Under the pieces are notes generated by a model. That model searched no databases. It was not told the DNA's origin and saw nothing but the letters and a program-made list of their open reading frames with translations. Positions 12,202 to 20,671 of a DNA stretch of 64,000 nt are shown piece by piece (within the stretch, counting starts at the first letter, position 1; every line of letters starts with the position of its first letter). The stretch spans positions 36-64,035 of the forward strand of contig JAGQMN010000002.1 of the NCBI GenBank assembly GCA_020428645.1, given 5' to 3'. This stretch comes from Patescibacteria group bacterium (GTDB taxonomy: Bacteria; Patescibacteriota; Minisyncoccia; Phycocordibacterales; UBA1006). The position numbers and the translations under genes are program-made.

Positions 12202-12313
12202 TTTCGGAAGGAAGAACGAGGCGGAGCCATACTTCGCGTTCACATTCGAAACCGAGTTGGTGCCAGCCTTGACCTTGCCATCGTTGAAGTCCAGATACGG
12301 AGCGTGACCGAAG
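12202..12313 (-). repeat. DGR template repeat (TR)
   Basis: 112-nt repeat of 12698-12809 (offset 496). 88 of 89 non-adenine positions (minus-strand sense) are identical. All 23 minus-strand adenines sit in this copy. It contains AAC/AAT codons in the VR frame. Confidence 0.9.
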
Positions 12314-12594
12314 CCAAAAAGTTGTCCTCACCCATCTGTACCACCAGAGTACGAAAATAATCTCTACTGGAAATAGAGTACCCTCATAACCCTTGTATTT
12401 TACCTGAGAGCAGTCACGAACGTGACACCTCTACCAGATGAGGACAAGCAATACCCCTCCAAAAGACAACACGCTCTCGGAAACCGTAGTCGCCGTGATT
12501 CTGGTCGTCATTCTCTTTGAAGAGAGAGTTCGGTGACGATGATCCGTAGACAATCGTTCAGAAACCTAATCTCAAACACATTATAAAAGAAAAA

Positions 12595-12625
12595 GCCGAG
12601 TTGTCCATAATGTGAACAACTCGGC
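12595..12625 (-). terminator. intrinsic terminator of the DGR target gene
   Basis: Minus sense: GCCGAGTTGT-TCACATTATGG-ACAACTCGGC followed by TTTTTCTTTT. Confidence 0.75.
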
Positions 12626-12676
12626 AAAGATTTTCCGCTTCGCGGAAATAAAGGTTCAAGACCTCCACAGTATCAA

Positions 12677-12690
12677 GATTGCAAGCAATC
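12677..12690 (-). promoter_or_regulatory. small hairpin immediately 3' of the VR (candidate DGR target-recognition element)
   Basis: GATTG-CAAG-CAATC (5-bp stem, 4-nt loop), 7 nt beyond the VR end and overlapping the stop codon. Absent at the equivalent TR flank. Confidence 0.45.
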
Positions 12691-13642
12691 AAGATTCCTG
12701 CGGAAGGAAGAACGAGGCGGAGCCATACCCCGCGTACACAGGCGAAACCGAGAGGGTGCCAGCCAAGACCTTGCCATCGACGAAGACCAGAAACGGAGCG
12801 AGATCGAAGGACTCGTCCGATGGGGAATCTTTGAATTCATCCCCCGGGCAGTCAATCCACAGGTCATCGTAGTGTCGAAGACGATCGGCGTGCAGTAACA
12901 CTGCAACCAACGCCTCGAACCAACCCACGCCAAATTCATCAACGCGGAACACCTCACGAGCGCGACGTATCGAACGTCCAGCGTGACGAAGACCAAACTG
13001 CATCCATACGATTTTGATTTCGCCCTCCTGGGATGTTGATACTTCATCAAACATCGAGGTCGAGCGTGCGGATTTCTTCAGCTGGTCAGCTCCGAGCTGA
13101 CCAGCACGAAGGTTTTCAAACTTTCCTTTACGATCTTTGTTCAATAACTCCATGGCACGCTCTACTGCTGCACCGTAAGTGTCAGCGACCAAGTTCCATG
13201 GGACAACGAGCGTCCAACGTCCAGCAACTCCATTCGGTGGGGTTACCTCACCAGATGCGATACGTGCCAGATATTTACGGTCAACGTCCAGCTTTCTCAA
13301 TTCAGGGAAGAGCTTCTTGAGGGTTACTAATTCCTTTTCGAGGTCGGCAATGTTTTCAAACAAGGTGAAATCATCACCCTCTCGGTAACCGGAAAGGTAG
13401 CCGTACGTGGACGTTACCTCTTCAGATTCGTACTTGTTCGAGATCGTCAGGTCGGCAATGATCATCATACTGGCCTCTTCTAATCGGGTTTTAAATTCAG
13501 CCCCGTCGCCGAGGATACCAGTTTGAGTACCGTCTTTGGAGGGGCTTACCTTTCGTATTGCATTCTTCACCGCTTGCGTGGCGAGAATTACAACAGCGTC
13601 TGTTTGTTTAGACGTGATCAACGCTTCTTTTCTTGTTGTCAT
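12689..13642 (-). CDS. DGR target (variable) protein; the C-terminal ~38 aa are encoded by the VR
   Basis: 317-aa ORF whose last codons (FDLAPFLVFVDGKVLAGTLSVSPVYAGYGSASFFLPQES) overlap the VR. I could not see an N-terminal signal peptide or TM helix. Confidence 0.85.
   Translation of the reverse strand: MTTRKEALITSKQTDAVVILATQAVKNAIRKVSPSKDGTQTGILGDGAEFKTRLEEASMMIIADLTISNKYESEEVTSTYGYLSGYREGDDFTLFENIADLEKELVTLKKLFPELRKLDVDRKYLARIASGEVTPPNGVAGRWTLVVPWNLVADTYGAAVERAMELLNKDRKGKFENLRAGQLGADQLKKSARSTSMFDEVSTSQEGEIKIVWMQFGLRHAGRSIRRAREVFRVDEFGVGWFEALVAVLLHADRLRHYDDLWIDCPGDEFKDSPSDESFDLAPFLVFVDGKVLAGTLSVSPVYAGYGSASFFLPQES
12698..12809 (-). repeat. DGR variable repeat (VR) at the 3' end of the target gene
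   Basis: 16 of the 23 TR adenine positions are substituted here with mixed bases. There is one non-adenine mismatch (12804) at the 5' boundary. Confidence 0.9.
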
Positions 13643-13699
13643 CGTTTTACAAATTTAGTGAAAATTTTCCCAGACTTACTGGATGAGCAGCTGTCTCAC

Positions 13700-13754
13700 T
13701 ATGAGACGAGCTCTGTACCGTCAACACTGTTCACTCCACAGAGCTCGTCTCATA
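13700..13754 (-). promoter_or_regulatory. 16-bp perfect inverted repeat in the leader/promoter region of the DGR target gene
   Basis: TATGAGACGAGCTCTG (13700-13715) pairs with CAGAGCTCGTCTCATA (13739-13754) across a 23-nt spacer. About 58 nt upstream of the target ATG and downstream of the rpoD terminator hairpin (~13843-13862). Confidence 0.5.
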
Positions 13755-13863
13755 TCCTTGAACCTATGTATTTAAGAAAGAACCCATTGAGGTCAATATT
13801 ATCATAAATCTATATATATGTCAAATTACAACTCTTAATACAAAAACCCTATTTGGGGTTTTA

Positions 13864-15216
13864 CTAATAATCTTGGAGTTTTTTGATTTTTTCGTTCACT
13901 CTGATTTTCTCATGCACCTTCGCCTCAATCTGACGAATACGTTCACGCGTTACATCAAACTTGCGCCCCACTTCTTCTAAGGTATGTGAGATACCATCAT
14001 TTAATCCATAGCGAAGCTCAATGATCGTACGTTCCTTGTCGGTCAATTCATCGAGGATCTCTTCGAGCTGGTCTTTCAAAATTTGTTTTGATGAATCTCG
14101 ATCAGGAGACGGAATGGTTTCGTCTGCAATAAATTCACCCCGCGTTGACTTCTCTTCCCCGTCTGAACCAATCGGTTCTTCAAGTGACATAGTCGTCTGA
14201 TTGATTTTGCCAATGAGGTGAATCTTGTCGATGTCGAGTTCCATCTCTTCGGCAATTTCCTCTGGGGTTGGTTCGCGACCCATGTCCTGGCTCATGCGCT
14301 TGAACACCTGCTTGTACTTTGAAATGGTTTCAACCATGTGTACTGGAATACGGATGGTTCGTGATTGATCAGCCAATGCACGGGTAATTGACTGGCGAAT
14401 CCACCAGGTCGCGTAGGTTGAAAACTTGTACCCACGTTTCCAGTCAAACTTTTCAACCGCCTTAAAGAGTCCAATGTTCCCTTCTTGGATCAGATCAAGG
14501 AGCGTCAAATCAGGACTGCGTCCTACGTACTTTTTAGCCAGTGATACCACCAAACGGAGGTTAGCCTTCGCCAAGAGATTCTTTGCCTCTTCATCGCCTG
14601 CCTCGATGCGCTTTGCGAGCGACACCTCGTCAGCTGCCTTGATGAGTGGATACTTTCCAATTTCACGGAGGTACATTTGAATTGAGTCCTTGGTTTCTGG
14701 TTGGCGTTTGGTTGAGAAATCCTTTTCGAGGAGCTCTTCATCCGTCATATCAAGGAGTCCTCCACCACCTGCCTGCGTTCCCCCCTCAACGACCTCGACC
14801 TCAGCATCAGCGAGGCGAGCATAGAGTTCGTCGAGGAATAAGATATCATCTTCAATATCTGGGAACACTTTGAGAATCTCAGCGTAGGTCAAAAACCGGC
14901 GCTTCTTACCTTTTTCGATCAGCTCTTGGGCGAGTTTGTCGCGTGCCTCTGCTTCACGTTGTTCTTCGATGTAGGTTTTCTCTTGTGCTGGTTTTTTCTT
15001 CTTTGGAGCTTTTTTCTTTACTGAAGTTTTCGCTTTTGATATTGTTGTTTTTTTCACCGATGGTTTTTTCTTTACAACAGGTTTCTTTTTTGCTGTAGTT
15101 GAAACCTTCTTTGCAGGTGACTTTTTAGCTGGTTTTTTAGTCGCTGAAGAAGACGATTTTTTTGCCGTCGTCTTTTTCAGAGTAGTTTTCTTTGTTGAGG
15201 TTGATTTCTTTGGCAT
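13864..15216 (-). CDS. rpoD: RNA polymerase primary sigma factor with a Lys/Ala/Thr-rich N-terminal extension
   Basis: 450 aa with regions 1.2-4 ([66 protein letters not shown]). Confidence 0.95.
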   Translation of the reverse strand: MPKKSTSTKKTTLKKTTAKKSSSSATKKPAKKSPAKKVSTTAKKKPVVKKKPSVKKTTISKAKTSVKKKAPKKKKPAQEKTYIEEQREAEARDKLAQELIEKGKKRRFLTYAEILKVFPDIEDDILFLDELYARLADAEVEVVEGGTQAGGGGLLDMTDEELLEKDFSTKRQPETKDSIQMYLREIGKYPLIKAADEVSLAKRIEAGDEEAKNLLAKANLRLVVSLAKKYVGRSPDLTLLDLIQEGNIGLFKAVEKFDWKRGYKFSTYATWWIRQSITRALADQSRTIRIPVHMVETISKYKQVFKRMSQDMGREPTPEEIAEEMELDIDKIHLIGKINQTTMSLEEPIGSDGEEKSTRGEFIADETIPSPDRDSSKQILKDQLEEILDELTDKERTIIELRYGLNDGISHTLEEVGRKFDVTRERIRQIEAKVHEKIRVNEKIKKLQDY

Positions 15217-15217
15217 G

Positions 15218-16951
15218 TTAGCTATCTCGTTGGGCGATTAATGTTTCAATGCGTTCTTTGGTGGTTTGGATGTCTTTAGTGATCGATCGTACGGTATCAC
15301 TGTTTCCTTCTGATTCTGCAACACGTGATGTATACAGGAGGTCGTCTACCTGCTTCTTTAATGTTGCAATGAGCGCGTCGAAGATTTTGGTAATGAGGAT
15401 GGTGTGGAGAGTTGTTGGATTGGCATCACCGTAGCGTTCTTCGTAGACGAAGAGGTGCATGTTCGTGAGCGTTTCGTCGAGCTGTTTCAGGTCATCCTCA
15501 ATCGTCGTTCCGTATGTTTCTTCGTAGCGCTGGTGTATCTGGTCACTATCAGGAATGGTATTGAGGTATCCCTTCTCAGCTAGGTACATGTAAGTAAAGA
15601 GGATATCGTCGTGAAGTGATGTTGTACGTTCGCTCGGTTTCGTATGTGCTAGTGATTCAGGACGCGCAGTAATCGTATCATCTTGATCAGGACGAAATCC
15701 TGCAAAATCGGTCCGTATTGCCTCAACACTGACACCGAGAAACAATCCAAGTTTCTGGAGAATACGATCCTGCACCATAGCACTCTTGGTATAGTACACA
15801 AAGGTGAAGAGATCATGGGTCACGAGCGATTTCCTCTGTTCAAAGGTGAGGTTCTGGTGACCAGCAAGCTCAAGGCGATAGTCAATGTAGTCTTTGGCAT
15901 CGGTCACACACACATCCCACTGTGCTTTGCTTTTTGCGATGGTATCAGCAGGATCCATACCATTCGGTAGGGTGATTACCCTGACCTGCATGTTATTACG
16001 GTAGGCGGCAAGGACACTGCGCCGCGTTGCCTTGATACCTGCCTGGTCTGAATCGAGTGCAAGAAGCACGGTGTCAGTAAAGCGTTTAATCATCGCAACG
16101 TGATCGTCAGTTAATCCCGTTCCTGAAATCGCAACCGTATTGAGGTATCCAGCCTGTTGTGCCAAGAGCACATCAAATTGTCCCTCTACGAGAATACAAT
16201 TTCCTGCTTTTGCCATGGCGTTCTTGGCAATATGATACCCATAGAGCACCTTTGATTTATCAAACAGGGGTCCTTCGGGGCTGTTGATGTACTTTGCACT
16301 TTTGACATCAGGATCATCGGTAAAGATGCGTCCTGAAAATCCAATGACGCGACCACGACTATCAAAGAGCGGGAACATGATACGTGACCGAAATCGATCG
16401 TAGTAATCACCACCATCTTTTTTCAATACTAATCCTGCAGCTACAATATCAGCATCAGTGTGTTTACGACTTTTGAGGTAACGGTATGCATCGCGCCAAT
16501 CGTCGATAGCAAACCCAATGCGGAATTGCACGATGGTGTCCTTGGTCAATCCACGTTGTGTGAGGTAGTTAACGACCTCGGTGTTTTTGCGGAGGTGTAC
16601 CTCGTACCATTTCGTAACATCATCTAAAATAGTGTAGTACCGCTTCTCTTGGGTTTGATCTTCGAGGGATATTTTCCCAAGATCAACACCAGCCTTTTCG
16701 GCAAGTATCGCAAGGGCTTCTTTAAAATCAACCCGTTCAATCTCTTCTATAAAGGTGAAGATGTCACCTCCCTTACCACTTGAAAAACAGTAGAAAAAAC
16801 CCTTCTCCGGTGAGACGAAGAACGATGGGGTTTTTTCATTCGTAAAGGGTGATGTTCCCTTGTAGGTTTTGCCTGCTTTTTCAAGCTTTACGTATGAGCC
16901 AACCACATCCAGGATATTAAGTTTATCTTTGATGATGTCGGTGCTCTTCAT
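15218..16951 (-). CDS. dnaG: DNA primase
   Basis: 577 aa with a zinc-ribbon region ([30 protein letters not shown]) and a TOPRIM domain ([19 protein letters not shown]). Confidence 0.93.
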   Translation of the reverse strand: MKSTDIIKDKLNILDVVGSYVKLEKAGKTYKGTSPFTNEKTPSFFVSPEKGFFYCFSSGKGGDIFTFIEEIERVDFKEALAILAEKAGVDLGKISLEDQTQEKRYYTILDDVTKWYEVHLRKNTEVVNYLTQRGLTKDTIVQFRIGFAIDDWRDAYRYLKSRKHTDADIVAAGLVLKKDGGDYYDRFRSRIMFPLFDSRGRVIGFSGRIFTDDPDVKSAKYINSPEGPLFDKSKVLYGYHIAKNAMAKAGNCILVEGQFDVLLAQQAGYLNTVAISGTGLTDDHVAMIKRFTDTVLLALDSDQAGIKATRRSVLAAYRNNMQVRVITLPNGMDPADTIAKSKAQWDVCVTDAKDYIDYRLELAGHQNLTFEQRKSLVTHDLFTFVYYTKSAMVQDRILQKLGLFLGVSVEAIRTDFAGFRPDQDDTITARPESLAHTKPSERTTSLHDDILFTYMYLAEKGYLNTIPDSDQIHQRYEETYGTTIEDDLKQLDETLTNMHLFVYEERYGDANPTTLHTILITKIFDALIATLKKQVDDLLYTSRVAESEGNSDTVRSITKDIQTTKERIETLIAQRDS

Positions 16952-16965
16952 AGTAGTGTACGTGG

Positions 16966-19900
16966 TTAGGCAATGGGGATATCTTCAGACAACTCGGCTT
17001 CGAGTTCTTCGAGTTCTTCCTGTCGTTGTCGCGATGGCATGGTATCGAACGGAATGAAATCCGTGCGGAAACCAGTTCCTGCTGGAATCAAGTTTCCAAC
17101 GATAACATTTTCTTTGAGACCACGGAGCTCATCTTTTTCAGCGCTCGCTGCAGCTGAAACGAGAATTCTGGTGGTGTGTTGGAATGATGCAGATGAGAGC
17201 CAACTCTTGGTTGAGAGGGCTACCTCTGAAATTCCACGAACCACAACGGTTCCTTTTGCACGTAGTTTACCTTCAGCTTCAACACGTTCATTTTCCTGAA
17301 CAAGTTCGATGTGTTCAACAACATCACCGGTCGAGAATTTGGTATCTCCTGGGTGAACAATCTTTCGTCGTGAGAACATCAGTCGCGTGATAATCTCAAT
17401 GTGCTTTTTCGCAACAGGTGCAGAGTTGAGTTCGTACACACGTGCAACTTCAGATACCACATAGGCTTGCGCACGGTCAGCTCCTGCGATTTTGAAAAGT
17501 TTATCAATAAGTGCTGAACCATCGGTCAAGAGGTCACCAACGGCAACACGATCACCTGCTTTGACGAGTGGGGTTCGGCGACGGTCAACTTCATACTCAA
17601 CAGTTTTAGTTTTTTTCTTGTTGATGAGGACTTCTGCATCTGAGAGTACTTCGATGATTTTCGTTCCATCTTTGGTAGTAACGCTCGCAACCACACCATC
17701 GGTTTTTGAAATAACTGCTGGTGACTTAATGTTTGAACGCTTTTCAAAGAGCTCTTCAATACGTGGCAGACCAGTGGTTATGTCCTGACCAGTAACTCCT
17801 CCCGCGTGGAAAGTTCGCAGAGTCAACTGGGTTCCCGGCTCCCCGATTGATTGTGATGCAATGGTTCCTACCGCTTCCCCTACCTTTACCAATTCATTAC
17901 GTCCAAGATCAAGTCCGTAACACTTTTGACAGATACCGTGAAGACTTGAACACTTGATAGGTGTTCGAATAGGTACTTCGGTAATACCAGCCGCAACAAT
18001 AGCTTTGGCATCATCACGTTCAAGGAGATCATTTCGTTTGTAGAGAATGTTTCCGTTCGCATCTTTGACCGTTTGCGCAACAACGCGACCAACGAGGTTA
18101 TCTTCGAGTGATTTAATAATACCGTCAAAGTTTTCTTCTCTCGCTATGTTGCAGTCTTTGGTACCACAATCTTCTTCGGTTACCACCACATCCTGCGCAA
18201 CATCGTGTAAGCGACGGGTAAGGTATCCTGCTGACGCAGTCTTGAGTGCCGTATCGGTCAATCCTTTACGTGAACCGTGGGTCGTAATGAAGTATTCAAT
18301 CGGAGTGAGTCCTTCCTTGAATGAATGTAAAATAGGGAAATCAATCGCTCGCCCTGATGCGTTAACAATCACCCCTTTCATTCCTGCCATCTGGAGCATG
18401 TTCGAAGTTGTTCCTCGAGCTCCTGAGGTCACCATATCGTAAATCGATTCTGATGATGAAAGATTTTCACCGATAACTTTTTCAACGTCTACCTTGACGC
18501 TCTCCCAAAGTTCAATGGTTTTTCGGTAACGCTCACCGTCAGAGATGAGTCCTTCATCGTACTGATTTTGAATTTCAAGTGATTGCTTGCGCCCTTCCTC
18601 GATAATGTCTTGTTTTGCCTCTGGCACAAGTGCATCAGAGTACGCAAACGTTGACCCTGAGAACGTAACGTACTTGAATCCAAAGTTCTTGATTTTGTCG
18701 AGTACCGGTGCGGTTTCATCAATACCATACTTTTCAATCAAACGCGCAATGATCTTTGAAATATCTTTCTTCTTGATGTCTTGGTTGAGATACCCAAAGT
18801 CCTTTGGCATGATGCTGTTGAAGAGGAGTCGTCCAACCGTCGTTTCAAATGGCTTACCATCAAATTCATGGTAACGTTCTGAATCGGTCGGCATAACGTA
18901 AATTTTTGCCCGGAAATCAACCTTCTCGAAGTCGTAGGCTGAAATCGCCTCATTTGGTGATGAGAACATCTTTCCTTCACCTTTGGCACCATCAATTGCC
19001 TTGGTCATCCAGTATACACCAAGCACCATATCCTGTGATGGTGATACAATTGGGTTTCCTGATGATGGGGAGAGGAGATTTTTTCCTGATGCCATGAGCT
19101 CCTGTGCTTCGAACTGTGCTTCTTCAGAGAGTGGCACGTGTACTGCCATTTGGTCTCCGTCGAAGTCGGCGTTAAACCCTGCACATGAGAGTGGGTGGAG
19201 TTGAATTGCCTTTCCTTCAATAAGGATTGGCTGGAAGGCACGAATTGAAAGTCGGTGCAACGTTGGTGCACGGTTTAAGAGTACGTACTTCCCTTGGATC
19301 ACTTCTTCGAGGATTTCCCAAATGTCATCGGTTGGCTGTTCGAGGAGTTTTCCTGCACCACGAACGTTGAATGCCATTTCGCGTTCAATCACCTTTGCGA
19401 TGACAAATGGACGAAAGAGTTCAAGCGCCATGTTTTTCGGAAGTCCACATTGGTTCATACCAAGTTTTGGACCAACTACGATCACCGAACGCCCTGAGTA
19501 GTCAACACGCTTTCCGAGGAGGTTTTGCCTAAAGAGTCCCTGTTTTCCTTTCAAACTATCTGAGAGTGATTTGAGGTTTCGTTTTTGTGATGATGACTTT
19601 GCAATCGTTCCTGAGTGCTTGCGAATTGAATTATCAATCAATGAGTCAACGGCTTCTTGGAGAATACGTTTTTCGTTACGTAAAATAACATCAGGAGCCC
19701 CGATTGAGAGGAGTTTCTTGAGTCGGTTGTTTCGGTTAATAACACGACGATAGAGGTCATTCACATCTGAGGTTGCGTAACGTCCACCTTCGAGCGCCAC
19801 CATAGGGCGAAGCGCTGGTGGAATAACAGGAATAACTTCGAGGAACATCCACTCTGGTTTCGTGTCTTGACGGTTCAATGAACGAATAAGTGAAAGTCGT

Positions 19901-20667
19901 TTTTCAACCTTAACGCGCTTGGCAACAGAACGTGTTGCGTGCGTTTCTTTTTCAAGTTCAGCTTCAATAGCAGTGAGGTCAAGTTTCGTAAAAATGTAGT
20001 GAATTGCCTCAGCACCAATACCTGCCTCAAAAATTGAACCAAACTTTAATGAGAAAAGGTTGTACTCGTCTTCCGAAATCACCTTGTGAAGTTCAATGTC
20101 TTGGATTTGCTTTTTGGCAGTATCAAAGAGATCTTTGAGTTTCTCTTTATCTTCTTTTGATTCCAAACTTTTCTGTTTTGCTTTGTACTCGCGCTGGAGT
20201 TCTTGCAGTACCTTCGCCTTAGCTTCTTCATCAACGTCAGTAATGATGTAGCTCGCAAAGTAGATAACTTTTTCTAATTTTGAAACAGGAATATCGAGAA
20301 TGAGTCCCATACGTGATGGAATACCACGAAGAAACCAAATGTGTGCCACCGGTGATGCAAGGTCAATGTGACCCATGCGAGATCGGCGAACAATTGAACG
20401 GGTTACCTCAACGCCACACTTTTCACACACGATGTCCCGGTAGCGAATTCCTTTATATTTACCACAGTAACACTCATAGTCTTTTTCCGGACCAAAAATA
20501 CGTTCATCAAAGAGTCCGTGTCGTTCCGAACGACCGGTTCGGTAGTTAATCGTTTCTGGTTTAGCAACTTCACCGTGTGACCATGAACGAATCGTTTCAG
20601 GTGATGCGAGGCGAATGGAAACAGATTTGTCTTGCTGTAATTGAGTTGTTGTTTCTGATGTTTGCAT
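16966..20667 (-). CDS. rpoC: DNA-directed RNA polymerase subunit beta'
   Basis: 1233 aa with NADFDGDQMAVH, the zinc motif CYCGKYKGIRYRDIVCEKCG, and bridge-helix and trigger-loop regions. Confidence 0.98.
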   Translation of the reverse strand: MQTSETTTQLQQDKSVSIRLASPETIRSWSHGEVAKPETINYRTGRSERHGLFDERIFGPEKDYECYCGKYKGIRYRDIVCEKCGVEVTRSIVRRSRMGHIDLASPVAHIWFLRGIPSRMGLILDIPVSKLEKVIYFASYIITDVDEEAKAKVLQELQREYKAKQKSLESKEDKEKLKDLFDTAKKQIQDIELHKVISEDEYNLFSLKFGSIFEAGIGAEAIHYIFTKLDLTAIEAELEKETHATRSVAKRVKVEKRLSLIRSLNRQDTKPEWMFLEVIPVIPPALRPMVALEGGRYATSDVNDLYRRVINRNNRLKKLLSIGAPDVILRNEKRILQEAVDSLIDNSIRKHSGTIAKSSSQKRNLKSLSDSLKGKQGLFRQNLLGKRVDYSGRSVIVVGPKLGMNQCGLPKNMALELFRPFVIAKVIEREMAFNVRGAGKLLEQPTDDIWEILEEVIQGKYVLLNRAPTLHRLSIRAFQPILIEGKAIQLHPLSCAGFNADFDGDQMAVHVPLSEEAQFEAQELMASGKNLLSPSSGNPIVSPSQDMVLGVYWMTKAIDGAKGEGKMFSSPNEAISAYDFEKVDFRAKIYVMPTDSERYHEFDGKPFETTVGRLLFNSIMPKDFGYLNQDIKKKDISKIIARLIEKYGIDETAPVLDKIKNFGFKYVTFSGSTFAYSDALVPEAKQDIIEEGRKQSLEIQNQYDEGLISDGERYRKTIELWESVKVDVEKVIGENLSSSESIYDMVTSGARGTTSNMLQMAGMKGVIVNASGRAIDFPILHSFKEGLTPIEYFITTHGSRKGLTDTALKTASAGYLTRRLHDVAQDVVVTEEDCGTKDCNIAREENFDGIIKSLEDNLVGRVVAQTVKDANGNILYKRNDLLERDDAKAIVAAGITEVPIRTPIKCSSLHGICQKCYGLDLGRNELVKVGEAVGTIASQSIGEPGTQLTLRTFHAGGVTGQDITTGLPRIEELFEKRSNIKSPAVISKTDGVVASVTTKDGTKIIEVLSDAEVLINKKKTKTVEYEVDRRRTPLVKAGDRVAVGDLLTDGSALIDKLFKIAGADRAQAYVVSEVARVYELNSAPVAKKHIEIITRLMFSRRKIVHPGDTKFSTGDVVEHIELVQENERVEAEGKLRAKGTVVVRGISEVALSTKSWLSSASFQHTTRILVSAAASAEKDELRGLKENVIVGNLIPAGTGFRTDFIPFDTMPSRQRQEELEELEAELSEDIPIA

Positions 20668-20671
20668 AGTT

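Noticed and set aside
11954-12331. 125-aa minus-strand ORF covering the TR and the antisense of avd
   Set aside because: It is the TR read in a different frame, continued antisense through avd. It is explained by the DGR template repeat and the avd gene.
12612-13050. ORFs 12612-12872 (+) and 12673-13050 (-) around the VR
   Set aside because: They are alternative-frame or antisense shadows of the DGR target gene's 3' end. The frame that ends at 12689 is the one collinear with the TR codon design.
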